Below are positions 58,555 to 64,000 of a DNA stretch of 64,000 bases, one piece after another. The notes below the pieces were generated by a model, which worked only from the letters and a program-made list of their open reading frames with translations, did not search any database and was not told the DNA's origin. The stretch comes from Felis catus (taxonomy: Eukaryota). How positions within the stretch are numbered: position 1 is the first letter of the stretch; every line of letters begins with the position of its first letter. The position numbers and the translations under genes are program-made. Where the stretch lies: NCBI RefSeq assembly GCF_018350175.1, contig NC_058368.1, positions 76,944,001 through 77,008,000 of the forward strand, written 5' to 3'.

Positions 58555-59483
58555 CTCTAGATTTACTTTATTTTTTTAGGGGAGGGGGAGTACTCTGTAA
58601 ACCTCCTTAAGTGTTAACCAGGAACCAGGCAGTGGGATTTACAAAACAGCAAGAGTAACTTGCTTCCCCATAGGAGTGGGTGTGGTGAGTGGGCACCAAA
58701 GGAATTGTCATAACTTCTAGAATGGACCTTGGTAGCCATGTTTCTACAGAGAGTGGAGCTGGAGGCTCTGGTGTCTTTTGTAAGATTTTAGGGAACCTGG
58801 GATAGTCACATTTCCCAGAAGACACAGTTTACTTTCCTGTGGGTACATCCCTTAGCTTCAGGAATAAATCCCCGTAAAAAATTCAGCAACATGTATGTTG
58901 GAAAACCAAGGACGGCAAAGAGTGTGTTGCCACTTCCTATCCCCCTTTCCACGACAGACATCACTAATCAATCATTGCACTCCGATGCTGAATCTGATGT
59001 CTGCCTCAAAATCGTTCTCAACACAGGACTCCGGCATCACTACGAGTATCCGGGACTCAGAGCTCAAGTTGACACCTATCCGTAACCATTGCTTTTACAT
59101 TTTTGCCAGTTATTTTAAGAACAGTGGTGGCCATTGGCGAAGTATGCTGTTTATAATGTAACCTACAAACAGAGCCTCAAAGTCTAGCACAAAGAATATA
59201 AACACACCACCAAGGAAAAGCGCGTCTGGTGAACTGAGAAGTCAAGGTAAAGTTGATTTGTGTCTTTGGCACCTTGTGGCTGGAGATTTCTTCTCATGAG
59301 GTCAAGCAGTCAGTCAGGTTTAAGTGAGAAATTCTGAAACCTTGGGCATCTGGGGGTCTGAACTTTGCTCTGGTGTTTGGGGCTGCCCACCAGGAGTCAT
59401 CCTGTGCGCAGCCCTGGAAACTGGGAAGAAGTGCGAGAAAATTTTGGAACTCTCCTGCGGATGCTTGAAAAGGAAACCCTTCA

Positions 59484-59606
59484 GAGATGCCTGGGTGGCT
59501 CAGTTGGTTAAGCGTCAGACTCTTGATTTTGGCTCAGGTCATGATCTCACCATGGTAAGTTTGAGCCCTGCATGGGGCTCTGCTGAGAGTGTGGAGCCTG
59601 CTTGGG

Positions 59607-59654
<48 letters not shown>

Positions 59655-59700
59655 CCTGCCCTCCTCTCAGAATAAATAAATAAACTTAAAAAAAAAAAAA
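59484..59700 (+). mobile_element. Can-SINE with long (CT)n
   Basis: gcctgggtggctcagttggttaagcg head, (CT)n, A tail. Confidence 0.95.
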
Positions 59701-62700
59701 GCCCTCCAACATCTGTAGGTGTGTGGGCTGCTGAACCAAGTAAGGAAATTCACCCCAAAGTGAGAGTTTGCTGAGAAAACAGGAAGTGACTGAAGCTGGC
59801 ATTGACGGTCACTGAGTTTTCGGGAGCCAACCACTGTGTTTCCTTAAGTACGCCGACCATCTGGAAAGCTTACCAAACTGCCCCGATGGAGCTAGAAGGA
59901 GAGGGATTCCGATTAGTTGGGGGGCCTAGTTCCTGAATCAGAAACTCAGCCACGCCATCATCAAACAACCTCCCGCCACCTCTCCAGCTGATTCTGAGGC
60001 CCGGTAACTTGAGAAAACCCAGATGGAAAGCATGTTTGTTCAACTTTGACTTGCCTACCCCGCCCTCCCAACCTGTTAAAAAGCAGGAGGTGTGGGGTGG
60101 GATCCGAGGGTCTACGTTTGATCTAGGGCCTTGGGCTTTAAACAAGTGTCTGAAGTTGATGAGAAGAACTGGAATTTGTCTGAGGGAAAGCTGTCTTTAC
60201 CCTGGAGGCACCTGGCCGAATGTCTGTGCCGTAGAGGGGGAAGCACAGGAGGGCAGCCCAGGCAGGGCGAAGCCAGCAGGGCCAGCATGACACAGCCTCA
60301 TTGGCCCCTGAACTAGAACATCAGCTGGCGTCTATTTAGCAAGGGACAGGAGCGCTTGCTTTCCCCAGCCTCCTACCGTTGGAACTGTCATCCGACTTCC
60401 CACCGCTGCCAGGCCCGGTGTGGCGTGGAGAATCCCAGTCTCACGGAGCCCGTCGGGGCCTTGTCCCTGCTTGGCCTCGCGTTCCTCAAGTGCTTTCACT
60501 CACAAGGAATTTCTATGAAATCATCTTGGACCAACAAAGCTATTACCCAAGTTTCTCAGCGGGCTGGGTTCAGGATGACTTTTAGCTATTTCCAGAAATG
60601 AAAATCACCCTCCGAGGAGGAAGTTCTGCTACCACGGAGTCTGCTGGAAAAAATGAGACACGCTCTTTGAAGGTGGTTCCAAGTTCCAAGTGGCGGGAGG
60701 TGTGCTGGGGGCTACAGCCTTTCAGCTGACTCCCGGGAAGGCCTCGCCATCAGGGCTCACCGTCATTGGGGTGTACAAGCTCTGGCATGTGAACGTTGCT
60801 TTTGTTTGGTACTTCGTGGCCATCTCTCGCTTACCTTGGTATAAATGAATGGCCTCAGAGGTGGTTTTGGGGGGTGGAAGAGGATGGGAGGGCGTAGGGC
60901 ACCTCACGAGGAGAGGAGGGGACAGTGAGACTCGGGGCTCCGGAGGAACAACCTCCTTTGCAGTTTTATTGAAAGCCAACCCTTCAGCCTTGCCCACCAA
61001 GGGAGGCCAGGAGCGGGGAGATACCACTGTGGTTCAGTGAGTCAGCTGCCCTCCACAGCAGGCAACCAGACTCCGTGAAATGTTAATTATCTGTTAGAAA
61101 AAAGCAACAGCAACAGTTTATTTTACACAATTTCAAAAACGAAAATCCAGTTCCTGGGCAGGCTCTGTTGGTCAGCTCCCTCGACCTACATGTATACACA
61201 ACAAATGTACGTGGAAAAGCACAAAGTGGTCTTTTCAAAGGTGACAACGTCTATCCTTTACTCTACACCCTAACACATACACACGTAGTGGTTGAGTTAC
61301 AGTCAGAAGCGCGCTGCAAAATGACATTTCCTCCCCTGGTTTTAGTTCTGGAGAATAGCATTAACCTTCAACACAAGAATGACCTGTCCATTCCGGCAAT
61401 GATCACGTGGTTTGCGTAGTTTCTTTGGGTATTTTATCAGCTCAGCCCCCATTGTTTCTCCAGTGATAAATTACACTTTCATTATTTCTTTATTTTATGG
61501 AGTGGAGACTCATAGCAATTTCCTTGTCCCAGTCCCATTAACTTCCTGGTGGCATTGTTTGAAGTCTCCAGACCCTGATGTGTAATCCAACTGTTTCCCT
61601 GATATGTGGGAAGCAGCACAGTGCTCGTTTACGTCAAAACCAATTCTTGCTACGGTTTTCCTTTTTCGCCGCGTCTTTTCCCATGGAAATTCTGGCAGGA
61701 GCCCTGGTTGAGGATTCCAGAGGGTAGCGTGAACCTGATAGATGCTGAGCATTCCAGGGATGTTGGGTGATTGAATGGGGTCGCTAGGACTGGCCTGGAA
61801 CATAACACTGAGCCCACCAGGTTGAGCTGAAAAATTTGGAAGTGGTATCACAGCGGGGTGATGTTGGTGTTCGGGTCTTGTCGGGTTCCTCGGCGTCTCT
61901 AGCAATTTGTTCGGTTTCCACTTCCCTCGAGTTCTCCATTCAGGGTGCGGTCCACGTCAGAGTTCCTCCACCGCGATCCTGCCTCCCTCTCAACCCGAAA
62001 TTTTGCAGAGGGCGTGGCGTTTCTTTCCAGAGGCAAGCGGGTCGCCTGTGCCTGCGATCTCATCCCGTGGTCTGCCCTCACTTTACACCTTTGCTCCCTC
62101 TTTCTAGCTGCTGCTTCTTTTATCTGTTTACGATGACATCATCTGTAAACGAAGGTTGAACTCAAATCTATGTTTTCATGAACAGAACAAAATGGAAATG
62201 CTCCTTCGCTTTCTGCGATTTCTTTCACGATGACACGTTTCCTTTCCGGAAAAGTCACCTCTGCGTTTTGTCTTTATCTCTTCTCCTTTTTCAAACCCAC
62301 CGAAAGTCTCATCGGGCCCCCAAACTCCTCCATAAATGGTCACAGCTAAGATTTTGGCTTATTAATAATCAGGAGGCAGTGTGGAGGTGGAAAGCAGCAG
62401 AGAAAACCCGGAGGAGGGAAACCAGTTAGCGCCAACCATAAGCCAAAGGAAGCCGGCGGCCGTGAGGATCCACGTGGTGTTGTGGCAGAGGTCAGAACAG
62501 GAGAGCTCCGGCGAGAAAACTCTGTGAGCAGCACACCTCTGGGAGCGTGCTGCTCACGGGCCCCCTGCATTTCAAGCCTGCGTGCTTGAAAAAAGACGCA
62601 ACATTTACAAATACAGGGACCACAGGAGGAGAACGTGATGGCGGGGGGTGGGGGGTGCAGCTGCGGAGTTAATTTTAGACATGTTGAATTTGTGGGATCA

Positions 62701-62973
62701 GGCAGTTGATGGGGGATGAACATCAGACACCTACCTGGGTGTAAGGTTTGAGGAAGATAGGGGAGTCAAAGATACAGACTTTCAGGTCAACTGCAGACCT
62801 AAGGGAGTCTCTAAAGTGTGCCTCTGAGCCTGCTGAAGAAGGATGCACAGAGGGACGGAGTTAAGGAGGACCTAGGACAGAGCTTTAGAGAAATTCTCCA
62901 TCTTAGGGACAGGCCGACTGGCCCCAAATGAGAAGGAGAAGAAGACCAGAACCCTCACAACCAGGACTAGTGT

Positions 62974-63203
62974 CTTTTTTTTTCTTTAATGTTTGTTTTT
63001 GAAAGGGAGAGAGAGACAGCATGAGTGGGGGGGGGGGGGGGGGAGCGGAGAGAGAGGAAGGCACAGAATCCGAAGCAGGCTCCAGGCTCCAAGCTGTCAG
63101 CACAGAGCCCGACGTGGGGCTCGAACTCACGAGCCATGAGATCATGACCTGAGCTGAAGTTGGATGCTTAACCGCTTAACCACCTGAGCCTGCCAGGCAC
63201 CCC
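62974..63203 (-). mobile_element. Can-SINE
   Basis: Antisense body with expanded G run and gcttaacc duplication. Confidence 0.94.
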
Positions 63204-63499
63204 TGGGGCTAGTTTCCCAAAGGGAGTGCTGGAGGAGGCAGAGCAGGGATGTGATTATCCTCTGACCAGACACCTCCTGTGCATTGAGCACTGTTTTAGG
63301 AACGATTGGAGATCCCCTAAGGGACAACAAACACTGTCCCGCCCTTCAGGGAGCCTGCTTTCTATGGATGGTGGCAGCAAATTAACCGAGAATTACAGTC
63401 CAAGCTGTTGAGTGCCGTGGCAAGGAGTGTGTAGGGTGCCCTTGTCTCCAATATCAGGGGCGTGCACCTGGGGACCTGTCAGCCCTCCCCTGACACAGG

Positions 63500-63860
63500 G
63501 GAGGGCTCTGGAACCCCGCTGCCTGAATCTCTGCTATGGCTCGGCCGCTTCGCAGCTGGGTGATCCCCACTCCTGGCTTCAGTTTCCTCAATGATGGTAA
63601 AACAGACTGATAATAGCCGGATCTGCTGCGGAGGTTTATGGTGAGGATGAAATCCGTTAAAACATGTGACACATTGAGGCAGAGACTGACACATAAGAAG
63701 TCCTTGATTAAACACTGCCAAACTTCCCTGGCGCTCACTCTGGGCCAGACGCAGAAACAGCCTTAGGAAGCAGGTAATACTGTCATCGGCGCGTTTACAG
63801 TGAGGAAACAGAAGCACAGTGAGGTGGGGTGGCCTCCTCAGTCACACGGCTAAAGGTGGT
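63500..63860. mobile_element. Two MIR fragments, tail to tail (+ about 63500-63690, - about 63700-63860)
   Basis: cttcagtttcctca...gtgaggatgaaat; tttacagtgaggaaacagaagcacagtgagg. Confidence 0.75.
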
Positions 63861-64000
63861 TACTTTCTTTTTCTCCTCTCTACTCTGTCAGTGAAGGAGG
63901 GATTTCTACTCTCAAGTTATAGGGATGGCCCACGCGATGCTGGTCAGATGGACACACAGCAGTTTATTTGTCAGTGCGTCTCACGGCTCCCGGGTAGAGG

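Noticed and set aside
500..63203. Dispersed near-identical repeats as a CRISPR-like array or tRNA genes
   Set aside because: Irregular spacing, both strands, A tails and TSDs identify SINEs; the tRNA-like heads are SINE promoters, not intact tRNAs
1..64000. Inferring a host gene strand from repeat orientation
   Set aside because: About 23 minus versus 15 plus SINEs, and mixed L1 and LTR orientations, are not a convincing bias

Overview
Mammalian, repeat-rich, apparently non-coding DNA (intergenic or deep intronic) from a cat-family (Felidae) genome. The assignment rests on about 38 tRNA-derived Can-SINE copies or fragments, seven of them near-identical young feline-type copies with intact target-site duplications (TSDs), plus carnivore-type L1 3' ends. 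The rest is mostly old eutherian repeats: L1M and L2 fragments, MIRs, about a dozen MaLR (MLT1) solo LTRs, and DNA transposons (MER5, MER20, MER45-like, MER53-like and a Tigger-like element with TIRs and TA TSD). The only recognisable protein-coding traces are dead: a frameshifted ERV-L gag (Fv1-related) fossil on the minus strand at about 26.4-27.5 kb and the C-terminal end of an L1 ORF2 at about 19.7-20.0 kb. I found no intact host gene, RNA gene or CRISPR-like array. The longer ORFs in the track are SINE- or microsatellite-derived artefacts. I see no convincing previously undescribed biological system. The best leads are modest: a CpG-retaining unique segment near 29.0 kb (CTCF-like motif, possible microexon), a few exon-like segments, inverted pairs of young SINEs, and several informative insertion or repair junctions. 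Repeat family names come from recalled consensus sequences, not a database search. Boundaries of old repeats are approximate.
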